The notes beneath the pieces are model-generated. The model ran no database searches. It worked only from the letters and a program-made list of their open reading frames with translations, and had not been told where the DNA came from. Both the position numbers and the translations under genes were made by a program. Positions 12,201-29,574 of a stretch of 64,000 bases of DNA are shown piece by piece (the first letter of the stretch is position 1; each line of letters opens with the position of its first letter). This DNA is from Anaeramoeba ignava BMAN. Its lineage: Eukaryota > Protista > Anaeramoebae. The stretch lies in the NCBI GenBank assembly GCA_028826165.1, contig JAPDFW010000054.1, forward strand, positions 434,001-498,000, read 5' to 3'.

Positions 12201-15200
12201 ATAAAGTAAAGCTTGTTAATGATTTAACAAAAATGCTTCTTTCTAAATCCATATAAAATAATCCTGCAATTTTAATAGCATATCTAAAACCAGCAAGACA
12301 TTCTTTAGCAGTTTTTATATCATCAGTTTCTTCAAGTATTGATGAAAAAGAAGCTAAAATATCTCTCCATGAAGTTTCAAACATTGGTCTTGCATGAGCA
12401 ATATGAGTTGCTGTATAAAATAAAGGATCATTAAATAATGTTTGTTGATTAAATAGTTCTTGAGATTTTTGGATCATTTTTTCACTTTCTTGAAGAAATA
12501 ATTCGACTTTTTGTTTTGGAGTTAAAAATTCTAAATAATTTATAAAAAAGAAAATATTAAATTTTTTGAAATTTGAAATTAGAGATTTTTTCTAAATTTT
12601 TCTACCATCTCTTTGAGAAAGATGAAACTCTTTTTCATCACCATCCATTTTCATTTCAATAGAAATAACATCATCATAAATTTTAGAAAGAAATTCAGGA
12701 GGAAGATCATTTCCAGAATCAATTCCTCTATTATTAGAAATAAATTCTTCTTTTGTCATTTTATTCTTAATTCTAGAACTATGCGCATCAGTATGAAGCA
12801 TAATAACAGCATAAGCCATTACATAAGCAGTATCTGCACTTGAAAAAATATGTGGATTATTTTGACAAAATTTCTCTGAAAATTTTTCCATTATTCTGTC
12901 TATTTTTTGTGATTCTCCTGGAAGTCGAAATCCTAATAAAAAGTTTCTTAACGCTGAATAAAAATCCATTCCTGTAAAATCTAATGTATCAACCCAATTA
13001 TGTAAAACCTGTAAGCAAAAAGGATTAGGATTTCCTAAATATTCTCCTATTTGTAATTTGCTTAAACCTTCTGTGTTTCTCATAAAATTTGTAATTGCTT
13101 CAACTGTATTTTCTAATTGATTATTTTCAATTAAAAATGCAATTCCCTTTTTTTTTTGATTTGATTTGATTTTAAATAAATATTTTAATTTAATTAATTT
13201 AATTTAATTTAATTTACTCGTCGAGAAGAACGATTAAACAATTCAATTCCTTGTTCAAATATTTTTTTAACTTCAAATTGTTTTTCAAGAGTTTCAGGTA
13301 ATTTCACATTTAATTGTGATTTTTCTTTTTTTCCAATAAAACTTTTTAAATGATAAGAAGATAATCTGAGTTGAGAAGAAACTTTTGGTTTGACAGGATG
13401 AGTATCATTATCATTAGGATTATCGTTATTATTAGTAATTTTCTGGTTTTCTGATTTTGTTTTTTCTTCTTTGTTTTCAGTTTGTGATTCACTTTGATGA
13501 GATGATTGAAATTCAGAAAATTCATCTTCTGTAGTTGAAAAATCAGAAAGATGTTTTGAATCAATTAAATTAATTTGCTTTTCATTTTCGTTTTCGTTTT
13601 CGTTGTTTTCATTTTCAATATCATTTTCGTTTTCGTTTTGATTATCATTTTGATTATGATGTAAATCCTCGCTCCAAAGCATTGTTGATTTTGTAATTGT
13701 GAATAAAATTCTCAAACAAATTCTTCGGAGCGATGTATGTTGTTCAACTGACATCCAATTTTCCATTCCTGATTTATAAATTTCACGAGACATTTTTGAT
13801 AATATTTGAACTAATCGTTCAAAAATACTTGATGATATTGTTTTTGTTCCACAATCATAATTTACAAAGATATCAATTATGTTTTGAGGATCTTTGGATA
13901 AATTTAAAAAGGTTTCCAAAACATATTGTTTTTGTTGATATGTACTATGTTTACTTTCAAGAATTTGAAGGAAATTATTCAAAAGAACTCCAATTTCGTT
14001 CTTTTTTTTTAAAAAAAAGAAATATTAATATTTAAATTAAAATTAAAATTAAAATATTTTTTACTTTCAAATAATATCTAAAAATATTGAATAAGGAATT
14101 GAAAAGAGAATAAACAATTTTAAGAACAGGAATTGTTGAAGAAACTCCATTTTTTAAAACAGAAACACATAATTCTTGTTTAACTTTCAATATGAAATCT
14201 TGAGATGAATGAAATTCAATACTACTATTCAATACCATTTGATTTAAAAGCTCCAAACTTAAAATTTTTCCACGAAGACTTTCTGAATTTGGTTTTAAAG
14301 ATTCTTTACAAAAATAAGAAAGAATTGAACCTCCATCTTGAATATCGTTTTGTGATATTTCTCTTGAATTATCTTGAATTAATTTATCTTTTTTCAAGTT
14401 ATTTTTTTGATGTTTTTTAGTTTTGAGTTTAATATTTTTATCTTCATCAATAACTTGAGGTTTTGTTATTTGATTTTGATTTAAATTTTTTTCATTTTCA
14501 TTATTTTTTGAATTTTGATTTTCCATTTCATTTTGATTTAAATTTTTTTCATTTTGATTTAAATTTTTTTCATTTTGATTTTGATTTTTGATTTTGATTT
14601 TGATTTTGATTTTGATTTTCATTTTGATTTTGATTTTCCATTTCATTTTCATTTTTGATTTTTGATTTTGATTTTGATTTTGATTTTGATTTTCATTTTC
14701 ATTTTGATTTTGATTTTGATTTTGATTTTGATTTTGATTTTGATTTTGATTTTGATTTTGATTTTGATTTTGATTTTGATTTTCATTTTGATTTTCATTT
14801 TCATTTTGATTTTGATTTTGATTTTGATTTTGATTTTGATTTTGATTTTGATTTTGATTTTGATTTTGATTTTGATTTTGATTTTGATTTTGATTTTGAT
14901 TTTGATTTTGATTTTGATTTTGATTTTGATTTTCATTTTGATTTTCATTTTGATTTTGATTTTGATTTTGATTTTGATTTTGAATTTGATTTTGAATTTG
15001 ATTTATTTTTGTCATGCTTGGATCAAATTTTAAAACAGCATTTACTAATTGAACTAAAAGACCTTTTGCTGTTAATTGATTATTTTGATTTTTGCTTTGT
15101 GTATAAACTGCAAAAAATGTTTTTGTAATTTTTAATAAACTTTCTCCACGAATTTCAACTTTTTTATTTATAACAATTTCAAATAAAGTCTAAAAGAGAA

Positions 15201-15962
15201 AATTTTAATAATTTTTAATAAATTTTTAATAAATTTTAATAATTTATTACTTGAATTGCTTTTAATTTTGTAATTTCATCTGATAAATTTGAACAATGAA
15301 TAATATCATCAATTGCAATATCAACAATTTGTTGAGAATTATTATCAGGAAAATAAAAATCTGGAGTAAAATAATTATAACTTGCCATTTTCTAAATAAA
15401 ATGAAAGAAAAAATTTTTTTAAATTGATTTTTAAATTCAAATTCAAATTCAAATTGATTTTTAAATTTAAATTGATTTTTAAATTTAAATTGATTTTTAA
15501 ATTTAAATTCAAATTCAAATTAATTTTTAAATTCAAATTGATTTTTAAATTTAAATTTTAAATTTAAATTTTACATTAAATTGAAGCAGTAATAAATTTT
15601 GAGTTTTTGAAATTAATTGCTAAATGAAATGGTTTAAAAATAATGTGTTTTGTATTGTTATCTAATTCTTCTCCAGATTTATTTCTGAAAATTTAAATAG
15701 AATTTATTTTAAAATTAAATTTTAAATTTTAAATTTTGATTTTGGATTTTGAATTGATTTTTTTACTTGGTTTTTTGAGCAAAATCTAATTTTAAAAGAA
15801 ATTTAAAAGAAAAAATTGAAATGTTTAATTTTTCAGTTAAAAGAAAATAAAAATAAATTTACCTAAAGCTTGTTGACAAGATTGTTTTAAAAGTTTAAAT
15901 TTCTTTGAATTTCCACACTTTCCTTGAATTTCATTAAGTGAATGTTTAAGAAAAGGAAGCAT
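9249..15962 (-). CDS. SEC7: BIG/Sec7-type large Arf guanine-nucleotide exchange factor, multi-exon
   Basis: Sec7 domain with glutamic finger FRLPGESQKIDR, HUS motif FVNYDC, HDS motifs (SLRQLSTKFLEKDEL, NIRSGWK), N-terminal DCB-like exons starting MLPFLKHSL at 15962. Confidence 0.93.
14575..15000 (-). repeat. Coding (AATCAA/AATGAA)n repeat encoding poly-NQ/NE within the Sec7 GEF
   Basis: In frame with ORF 14032..15015; source of the spurious DF/IL/KI ORFs. Confidence 0.9.
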
Positions 15963-16105
15963 TTAAATTTAAATTAAAAAATAAAAAGAAAATCAAGAAA
16001 GCAAATTTTAATTAAGAAAAAAAATGAAAAAAAAAAATGATTAAAAAAAAATTTTATTTAAAAAAAAAAAAAAATAAAATTTTCAAAATAAAATCTTTTT
16101 TATTA

Positions 16106-16384
16106 TTAATTTTCTTTTTTTTGATCAAGTATTTGATTTAATGAAATAATAAATGAAGTTTGTTCATTCATTTTATCACAAATTTCTTGCACTTTTACAG
16201 CATTTTTTGTTATAGAATTAAATAATTTTGAAAGATTTGTTGCAATCTAATTTTAATTTTAATTTTAATTTTAATTTTAATTTTTAATTAAAGAAATGAA
16301 AATATTTAGAATTCAAATTAGATTTATTTGTTTTACAGATTCAATTTGTTCGTGAATTTCTTGAGATTTATTTTCTTCTTCCAT
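16106..16384 (-). CDS. Putative 62-aa two-exon helical microprotein (exons 16337-16384 and 16106-16246)
   Basis: ATG preceded by an A-run, GTAAAA donor, TTAG acceptor, phase-0 join, stop-free: MEEENKSQEIHEQIES|IATNLSKLFNSITKNAVKVQEICDKMNEQTSFIISLNQILDQKKEN. GC above flanks. Confidence 0.62.
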
Positions 16385-16706
16385 TTTTTTTATATATATA
16401 AAATGAGAAAAAAAATGAAATTTATATTTTTTGAAAAATATTTTTTTATTCCACTTTTTTTTTAAATTTGATTTTGAATTTGAATTTTATTTTAATTTAA
16501 ATTTAAATTTGAATTTAATTTTCAATGTCAAAATAATGAAATTTATATTTTTTGAAAATATTTTTTTATTCCACTTTTTTTTTGATTTGATTTTGAATTT
16601 GAATTTGATTGAATTTAATTTTCAATGTCAAAAATAATGAAATTTATATTTTTTGAAAAATATTTTTTTATTCCTTATTTTTTCTCTTTAATTTGCTTGA
16701 TTTAAA

Positions 16707-19700
16707 ATGAAAAATCAAGAAATGGAAAAAAATAAAAAAAATGATCAAATTCAAAATGAAGAATTAAAAAAATTTATTCCAATTCTTCAACAGAAAATTA
16801 AAAAAATTGAAATTGAAATTCAACAAAAAAATGAACAAATTCAAAAAAAAGAAGAAGAAAATGAAAAGAAAAAAAAAGTAATGAATAAAAAAAAAATAAT
16901 TTTTTTTTGTTCCACTTTGTTTTGATTAATAAAAAAAAAATAAATAGGATTTTCAATTAAAATTAAATAATAGAAAACTCCAAATAAAACAAAAATTGGA
17001 AAAAGATTGGGAAATTTTAGAAGCGAAATTTGAAGAAGAATTAAAAAAAATAAATGAAAAGGAAAAAAAAGAAGAAAATTTAAAGAAAAATAATTGAAAA
17101 TGAATTTAATGTCAAGAAGAAAGAAATTGAAGAAGAAATTGAACATTTTGAAAAATCAGAAGAAAAAAGAAAAGAAAATGAAAGAAAATATGAGAAAATT
17201 TTTAAAGAAGAAGAAGAAGAAAAAAATCGGAAAAAAAAATTTCAAGTTGAAAATCAAAAGGAAAATTTACTCCAAGAAATGGAAGAAAAAAAAAGGAAAT
17301 ATATTGAAGAACTACTTGAATCACAACAAAAAGAATATATGGAAATGAAGATTTTTTACGAGAGAATAATTGAAAAAACACTTGGAATTATAAAGAAATT
17401 GAGAGAAAAATTAGTGAAAATGGAAAAAAAAAATTTTTTACAAAATCAAAAAGTTCAACAACTTGAAAATTTAACAATTCATTCAGAAATGGAAGATTTG
17501 AATAAAAAAAAACAAGATTTGGAAAGGTTTTTGATTAATAAAAAAAAAGTGGAACAAGATCTTAATTTATTTGCAAAGAAAAATAATTTGATTGAAGTTA
17601 GAAAATCTCAAATTGAATTTGAAACTGAAATTTTAACACAAAAAATTCAAGAAGCAAAACAAAAGAAAAAACAAATGGAAATTGAATTTGAAAGAGATTT
17701 AGAAGAAATTTATCAAAAATTAGCTTTAAAAAGAGACTTAATAGAAAGAAAAGTAACAAGTCTTTCTTCACAAACAACAAAATCATTTTAAAAAAAAAAA
17801 TTTTTTTTTGATTTTTTTTTTTCATTTTTTTTTCTTAATCAAATTTAAAAATGATAGAAAATAAATTAAATCAAGCTTCGATATGGTTAGCAAATTTTTT
17901 AAACAAACCTGATCTAGAATTAGATCAAAAAAATGATAGAAAATTACAAATTATAGTTGGAAAAATAATAAGAAGGATTAATATTCCGAAAGAACTTAAA
18001 AAATACAAGTAAGAAATTATAAAATTAAATTACAATTATAAAATTAAAATTCATTTATAAATTAAAATTCATTTATAAATTAGTTTGGATCAAGATGAAA
18101 GATTTACACATTTGGTTACAAAATTCCGAAAACGTAAAAACACACTCAAAAGAGAAGAAATGAACGAAATGATTATTCAATTATGGGAATTTGTGGGTCA
18201 GAAAGACCAAGAAGAACAAAAGGAAGAAAACGAAAAGGAAGAACAAGAAATTGAAATGGAGAACAAAATGAACGATAAAAAAAAGGAGATTGAAGAGAAA
18301 AAAGAAAAACAAACAATAATGAATAATTTTGTAATTGGAAAAGCAACGTTTTTAGTTGAAATTTTTAATGGAGAAAACAATTGGAAAAATGGAAGAATTG
18401 ATATAAGTGAGGAAAAAATAACGGTTTTTATGGAAGGATATTGTGTAAGTGAAGGCAGACTTGCACAAAAGAAGGAAGTTGAAATTCGTTTCAGTCAAGA
18501 ACAAGAGATGATTATTTGCATAGTTATTAAAAAAACAAAGCGAATTATTGTGAAAATGCAGAATGAAAAAGAGCGAAAAATTTTATGGAAAACTTTCCTG
18601 ATGTTTTCGCGGTACTACGGCGGTGTTCCCGAATGTGTTTCGATAGACGGGAGTATTCTTGGGGTGGAGAACGAGATCCAAGCGTTAGTTAGTCGCTGTG
18701 GAGATGAGAAAGAAGCGCGGTTTATTGTGAAGATTCTGGATTGCGAACAAAATTGGAAAGAGAATTTTTTATTGATGAATAAGAAAGAAATCAAGATTTA
18801 TTCAAAAGAAGGAAACAGTTTCGAAATTGTTTGGGAAGATATTCTTGCAATAACACAAGTTGGCGATAATTCACAGCAAGGCTTCTTGAAAATTGAAGCG
18901 AAAGATGAAGTTTTTATTGTAATTTCGACAGATTCGGGACATTATAACGAGCTAATTTTAGGATGTGCTAGAAAATATATGGGCAGCTTATTTTCTAGCG
19001 ATAACAAAGAATATGAACTATTGAATTTCAGTAAGAAAATGGATCATTTGGAAAGCGAGCTGGATATGGAGAATAAGGAGGAGTGGAGCCGAGTTGAGCG
19101 TAGATACAATCGGGAAAAGAGACAAAGAGTGTGTGTGACAAAGTTTAATGTGCTAACAGGGGGTCCTGAGATTCTGCGTTCAAAACCCTTTTTCCAGCGA
19201 ATAAGCACAAAGTTGGGTCAAATTGAAAAGGAAAAAATGGTCTCGGAAATTTCTGAAGCGGTCGAAAACTTGCAGAAAATAGGACGTGCTGAGTTTGCGG
19301 TTGAATATACTGGCACAGAAGGTGAAGAGCTGCTTTCTGGTTGGTTCTGCATCTCGAAACAAGGCGTCGAATTGCTCAGTGACAAACGCCAGCTTGTTCT
19401 TGTAAATGACTTTTGTTCTTCCCAGAGAATGTTTCTCCATTCCACAAAAATCACATGTTTTGTACTACAAATTGACACTTCCACCTCGCTTGTCATGTTT
19501 GCGGAATCTGTTTTTTTGCGCGATGTGATTTTCAATTTCTTCCGCAAAATGCAGAATGCGCATGTCAAAATGTTTTCTGAAACGTCAGATGAAATGAGCA
19601 TTTTTTTCACGCCAACCGACGTTAGTTTATATCCAGAAAATTATCCGAAAATCAAGGAAGTTCAACAGATTTTAGAGGCATCTAATCCAACAAAGCAATC

Positions 19701-21598
19701 TTTATTTCGGTACACGCCAGAAAACATATTCGGAGGGAAAATATTTCCTCAATTTTTTCCGGGAGAACAAACATACCCCCAAAATTTTTCTGGCGAACAA
19801 ACAATCCCCCAAAATTTTTCTGTTGATAATCTTTTTTCGCGAACAATTTCGCGTGATTTTTCTGACTCCCAAACGTCATTATTTTCGTCAGCAATCCAGA
19901 CGCCTACGCAAACAATGGAGCAGTTGATGCTTCACAGACGGATCAGCAGTATTGACGTTGGGGAGCTTCGGACAACGGAGGCGCATGCGAAACGGCAAGA
20001 GCAGTTGGGACGGAGTTACACGATTGCGGTTCTGGATTCTTTTTATGTTTTCCACGGACTGTGCTTTGTTAATCTTGAGCCAGACCATCTTGTTCTTGGA
20101 GCTTCCTTCACAACCGCCTATTTACAGGAAATACAATCCTTATTCCAATCTTGTTGTTGATTCTGTGGATCACCGAGTTTTCCGTTTCCACATTGACGAG
20201 CTCCAGTTTCTGAACATTGTTTTTGCCAACGGACAAACACAGAAGCTTTTTGCGCACGATTTACGGATCAAAAAGCAGTTGAACATCCATCGCAAGATCT
20301 TTGTGAAAAAAAGATACAAGTGCTGGATCATCACGTCTTCCGGAAGATGCCAAGCGGAGATTGAATTACGCCCGCATTTCTTCAAGATCAAAACGTCGGT
20401 TGAACCGAAGCTTGTTCTGGAGTATTCGTTTCCGCATCGCATTGAGGAGGTTCCTGATCGCGATGGTTATATCAAACTTTTTCTCAACGATCAACTTTAT
20501 CTACTTCTTTATTTTGCGCAAGAAATCAGCGACAATCCAGACACGAAACTGACGCAGAATTTCTCTGAGAATTTCGACACAAACAAGCACAAGTTCATCT
20601 CACGCACACTTGGGTCGCATTACGAGAAATTTGCCTTCTCTTTTCTGGACGGAGCGCGACCGATCCAAGAAGGGTCTATTTTCCTGACATCCTCAAAGCT
20701 CTCGATCTGCACAGATTACTTTAGTTTTGGGTTTTCTTATAACACCGAGATTTACACGCACAAGAAAGTCAACACCATTGCTCGCGTGTCTTTTCCCGAA
20801 TCGGAAACACAAGTTTTTATGGAGTTTCCCAGTGCGGAAGAGCGCGCAAATTTCTTGCGGAAATATTATCATTATCGCGACAAACACACCGCGCTTTTCC
20901 GTAAAGAGCCGTGCGATCAAAGGATTACTTTGGATTCGCAGAGTCCTGTTGAGCCGTCTTTTGTGGTCACGTTTCTTCCGCGAGACAAGCTTCATCCAGC
21001 GCGGAAGGGAAGCGTTGAAATACAGAACGAAATGCTTGTTCTTGTTCTTCCCGATCAAACGAAGAAAATCCGGAACATCAAAAACGTGCGACTTTTTGTG
21101 AATGTACCGAATCCACGAGTGTGCAAAATTGTTGTTCTTCATCTTAGTGAACTTTTTATCATCAGATTTGCCGAGCCAAGTATTGCTGAAGTATTTGCGA
21201 GTTCTTTTCGACTTCAGCAAGGACAGCTTTTATCGTCGCCTAAGACTTCTTCTTCCTCTTCTTCTCTTGGCGCTATTGATTATTCACTTCTTAGTTCGCA
21301 AGGAGTGCATTCATGGGATGTTATTCTTATGTCTCAAGGGTTTGTTAAACTTGATATTGGGAAGATTGTTTTGAAACGAGGGAAGGCTTTTGTTCTTTCT
21401 TCCTCGAGCCGTTCTTATGCGCTTAGTAGTTTTGCTAATTGTCATACAAGTACTTTTGTAAAGAAGCCTAGTGTTCTTCAAATTTCTTTTTCCGAGTCTC
21501 ATTTTATACTTGATTTTTCCCGTGTTGAATTTTTAGTTGAGTTTGTATCACATTGGAAGAGTGGTTATCGCTCTATGCGGAAAGGGATGCGGATTTAA
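16707..21598 (+). CDS. Large uncharacterised protein: N-terminal coiled coil plus multiple tandem PH-like beta modules; apparent extra base near 20098
   Basis: E/K/Q-rich ORFs 16707-17791, short introns, then ORFs 18085..20160 and 19952..21598 that join as DHLVL-ELPSQPP on removing one G. Recurrent beta-strand run followed by an R..F helix. 5' exon boundaries are uncertain. Confidence 0.65.
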
Positions 21599-21604
21599 AT
21601 TTAC

Positions 21605-22920
21605 AATTTAAAATTTACAATTAATAATTAAATTAATAATTAAATTTATAATTAAATATATAATTAAATTTATAATTAAATTTATAATTAAATTAATAAT
21701 GAAATTTATAATTAAATTTATAATTAAATTTATAATTAAATATATAATTAAATTTATAATTAAATTTATAATTAAATTTATAATTAAATTTATAATTAAA
21801 TTTATAATTAAATTTCTGAACAATTTTATTAAATTTATAATTAAATTTAAATTTATAATAAATTTATCAAATTTTATAATTAAAAAATTTATAATTAAAT
21901 TTTATAATTTCAAATTTATAATTAAAATAAATTTATAATTAAATAATTAAATTTATAATTAAATTTATAATAATTTTATAATTTTATTTATAATTATAAT
22001 TTATAATTAAATATATAATTAAATTTTTATAATTAAATTTATAATTAAATTTATAATTAATTTTAATAATTAAATATATAATTAAATTTATAATTAAATT
22101 TTAATTAATTAATTAAATTTAATGAAAAAATGAAATTTAAATTTATAATTAAATTTATAATTAAATTTTATAATTTAAATTTATAATTAAATTTATAATT
22201 AATCGTCTAGACCGTTATAATTAAATTTATAATCAAATTTATAATTAAAATTTAGAATTAAATTTAAATTTATAATTAATAATTAAATTTTAATTAAATA
22301 TAATTAAATTTATATTAAATATAAAATTTATAATTAAATATATAATTAAATTTATAATTAAATTTATATAATTAAATTTATAATTAAATTTTAAATTTAT
22401 AATTAAATTTATAATTAAATTTATAATTTAAATTTAAAATCAAATTTATAATTAAATTTATATCCAAATTTATAATTAAATTTTATAAATTAAATTAAAT
22501 ATAATTAAATTTATAATTAAATTAATAATTAAATTTATAATTAAATTTATAAAAATAGAGTTGAAATTGATAAAATTTATAATTTATAATTAAATTTATA
22601 ATTAATTAAATTTATAATTAAATTTATAATTAAATTTATAATAAAATTTATAATTAAATTTATAATAAAATTTATAATTAAATTTATAATTAAATTTATA
22701 TCCAAATTTATAATTAAATATATAATTAAATATATAATTAAATTTATAATTAAATATATAATCAAATTAAAATGAAATTAAAATTAAATTTATAATTAAA
22801 TTTATAATTAAATTTATAATTAAATTTATAATTAAATTTATAATTAAATTTATAATTAAATTTATAATTAAATTTATAATTAAATTTATAATTAAATTTA
22901 TATTTAAATTTATAATTAAA
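21605..22920. repeat. Intergenic 12-bp satellite (TTATAATTAAAT)n
   Basis: Tandem array between two convergent genes. Confidence 0.92.
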
Positions 22921-23155
22921 AATAGAATTGAAATTGATAAAATTATCTAGTTTTTTTTTTGAAATAATTTTGTTTGAAAAAATAAAAAAATAATATTAAA
23001 AGAAAGTTGTCATTTCATTTTGTTTTTTTTTCGAACTTCAAAAAAAAAGGAAAAACAAACAATCCAAAAATCAATTTGAAAAGAAATCAATTTGAAAAAA
23101 GAAATCAATTTGAAAAAAGAAAAAGAAAAGAAAAAGAAAAAAAAGAGATTTTGAA

Positions 23156-26382
<3,227 letters not shown>

Positions 26383-26949
26383 TCTATTTTTATTATTTAT
26401 ATTTATTATTTAATTATTTTTTAATTTATTAATTTAAAAAAAAAAAGAAAAAGCAAAAAAAAAAATTTTTTTTATAATTTTAGTCTTTTTTTATTAATTT
26501 TTACTTACTTTTAATTGTTAAATTGAAAAGAAAAAAATGATTTTTATTTATTTAAAAAAAAACTTTTTTTAAATTAAAAAAAAAGCAAAAAAAAAAATTT
26601 TTTTAATTAAAATTAACAAAAACAAAAAAAATTAAAATAACAAACAGCATTTATTTAAAGAAAGAATAAATAAAAATAAATATAAAAATAAAAATAAATA
26701 AAATTTAAAGGAAAAAGAAAAAAAGAAAATTGTTTTATTCCTTTTTTTTTTTTGTTTCAATTTTGATTAAATTTTGATTAAATTTTAATCATTTAATTCT
26801 TATTGAAATAAATGAATTTAAAATTGAAACAAAATCAAATTCTTTTGAATTGAAATTAGAATTGAAAAAAGAATTCTTTTTAAAAGGAAAATGTAAAGTA
26901 AAAGTAAAAGTAAAAGTAAAAGTAAAAGAGAAAGTGAAAAAGAATTGAA

Positions 26950-29178
26950 TTATTCCCAATTAACATCAGGCGCATTATTAATCACTTTCAAAATACAAGC
27001 TCCAAGTCGATATCCAGCAATAGCAATTTGTTCTTGTGAAATTTCAAAACATCTTGAAGTGTAACTACTTGATGGATAAGTATTTGGTTCAATATCTGTA
27101 TATCCATATTTAACAGCTGCTGAATATGATTCATTTGCCCATCTATTGAAATCAAAATCTGTTGGACTGAATCTTCCTTTGAAATAAGAAACTGGATATT
27201 TTTTCATAATTTCTGTTGCATTTGCTACTAAATCATTAATTTCACTTTGTGTAAGTGGATAATTTGTTACATATTCTCCTCCTGCTGCATCCCAAAAAAA
27301 GTGTAAACTTGAATCATAACTTGCATCTCCTTTTAATTTAAATTCATTTCCACCTCTATCTCCATCTGGAAATTGTTTTGAAAATAAATCAATGCAATGG
27401 AAAGGTTGATGACTATTTTTTTGATTTAATTTTATAAATGAATTTTAATTTTAATATCAATATGAATTTTAATTTTAATTTTAATATCAAAATGAATTTT
27501 AATTTTAATATCAAAATGAATTTTAATTTTAATTTTAATTTTAATTTTAATTATTTGATTTGATTTGATTTGATTTGATTTGATTTGATTTGATTTGATT
27601 TGATTTGATTTAATTTGATTTGATTTGATTTAATTTGATTTGATTTGATTTGATTTTGATTTGATTTGATTTTAATTTGATTTGATTTAATTTAATTTAA
27701 TTTGATTTGATTTAATTTGATTTGATTTGATTTGATTTGATTTGATTTGATTTGATTTAATTTAATTTGATTTGATTTAAATTGATTTAATTTAATTTGA
27801 TTTGATTTAATTTGATTTGATTTGATTTGATTTGATTTGATTTGATTTGATTTAATTTGATTTGATTTGATTTAATTTTAATTTTAATTTTAATTTGATT
27901 TGATTTGATTTGATTTGATTTGATTTGATTTGATTTGATTTTGATTTAATTTGATTTTATTTGATTTGATTTGATTTGATTTGATTTGATTTGATTTAAT
28001 TTGATTTTATTTGATTTAATTTAATTTAATTTAATTTAATTTGATTTAATTTGATTTGATTTGATTTAATTTAATTTAATTTGATTTAATTTAATTTAAT
28101 TTGATTTAATTTGATTTAATTTAATTTGATTTGATTTGATTTGATTTAATTTTGATTTGAATTTGATTTGATTTGATTTGATTTGATTTGATTTGATTTT
28201 GATTTGATTTGATTTTGATTTGATTTGATTTAATTTAATTTGATTTGATTTGATTTGATTTAATTTGATTTGATTTGATTTAATTTTAATTTAATTTGAT
28301 TTGATTTGATTTGATTTAATTTGATTTAATTTGATTTGATTTGATTTTGATTTTGATTTGATTTGATTTGATTTAATTTGATTTAAAATTTAATTTGATT
28401 TTTTAATTTGATTTAATTTGATTTGATTTAATTTGATTTAATTTAATTTAATTTGATTTGAATTTAATTTGATTTAATTTAATTTGATTTGATTTAATTT
28501 GATTTAATTTGATTTAATTTGATTTTATTTGATTTTATTTGATTTGATTTAATTTAATTTGATTTGATTTGATTTGATTTGATTTAATTTGATTTGATTT
28601 GATTTGATTTAATTTGATTTTATTTGATTTGATTTGATTTGATTTGATTTGATTTGATTTGATTTAATTTTAATTTTAATTTTAAATTTTAATTTTAATT
28701 TAAATTTTTAATTTTAATATCAAAATGAATTTTAAATTGAATTTTAATAAGAAGCTTACATATCACCAACAAAATGGAATAATTGTCTTAATTGGAAAGC
28801 CCAAGCCCAAACAGAAGTACAACTATTATCCTCCAAAGTATCCAAAGCTTGTTGGCATTCAGCAATAACATTTCCAGGAGGAAGAGTATAATTAACTTTG
28901 ATATTATCAGGATTATAAACCAAATCAGCAAAATGCCAACCAGCCATTGAATCAATTTTAATTGGCGGAGATTTAATTTTATCAGCCCAAACTGCCGCTC
29001 CATATAAATCACCTGGAAAATCTGGTTCCCATGTTGATAAAATGTCTAAAATCTTGTTTTTTTGTGTTGTTGTTAAATTTCTTGATGCTATCTCTATTAT
29101 TATCATGTGACTGTTATCCCACCATGAAAAAACAAAACAAAATAAAAATCCTAAAACAATAACTTGTGTTAGTTTCAT
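26950..29178 (-). CDS. Secreted S1/P1 nuclease, copy A (exons 28760-29178 and 26950-27412)
   Basis: Signal peptide then WWDNSH, WADKIK, WHFAD, HFVGDI|HQPFH, DRGGN, LHFFWD, AGYRL: the zinc-ligand motifs of the S1/P1 family. Confidence 0.93.
27550..28670. repeat. 5-bp intronic satellite (ATTTG/ATTTA)n
   Basis: About 1.1-kb pentamer array. Confidence 0.95.
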
Positions 29179-29574
29179 CAAAAAAAATATAAAAATATCA
29201 AAAAAGAAAAAAATGAAAAAATTAAATTAAAAAAATTTTTTTTTCTCTTTTTTTTGTTTTTGTTTTTGTTTTTTGTTTTTGTTTTTTTTTTTTTTTGTTT
29301 TACTTTTATTTTAAATTTTTTGTGATCAATAACGAATTTTAATTAAAAAAATTTTCTTTTTTTTTAAATTTGTTTTTTTTTTTCTTTGTTGTTGTTTCTT
29401 TTTTAATTTTTTTGGTTTGTTGAAAGAATAAAACCTTTTTTAAAAGGGATAAAAAAATTAAAAAAAAGAATTTAAAAAAGAATTATAAAAGAATTATAAA
29501 AGAATTTAAAAAGAAGTCATTGATCAAATCCCAAATAAATTTGTTTTAATTCAAATTACAAAAACAGCTGGAAT

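Noticed and set aside
14649-15128. ORFs of poly-DF, poly-IL and poly-KI
   Set aside because: Alternative frames and strands of the NQ/NE coding repeat in the Sec7 gene.
21608-22765. LIIN/FIIK repeat ORFs
   Set aside because: Translations of a 12-bp intergenic satellite.
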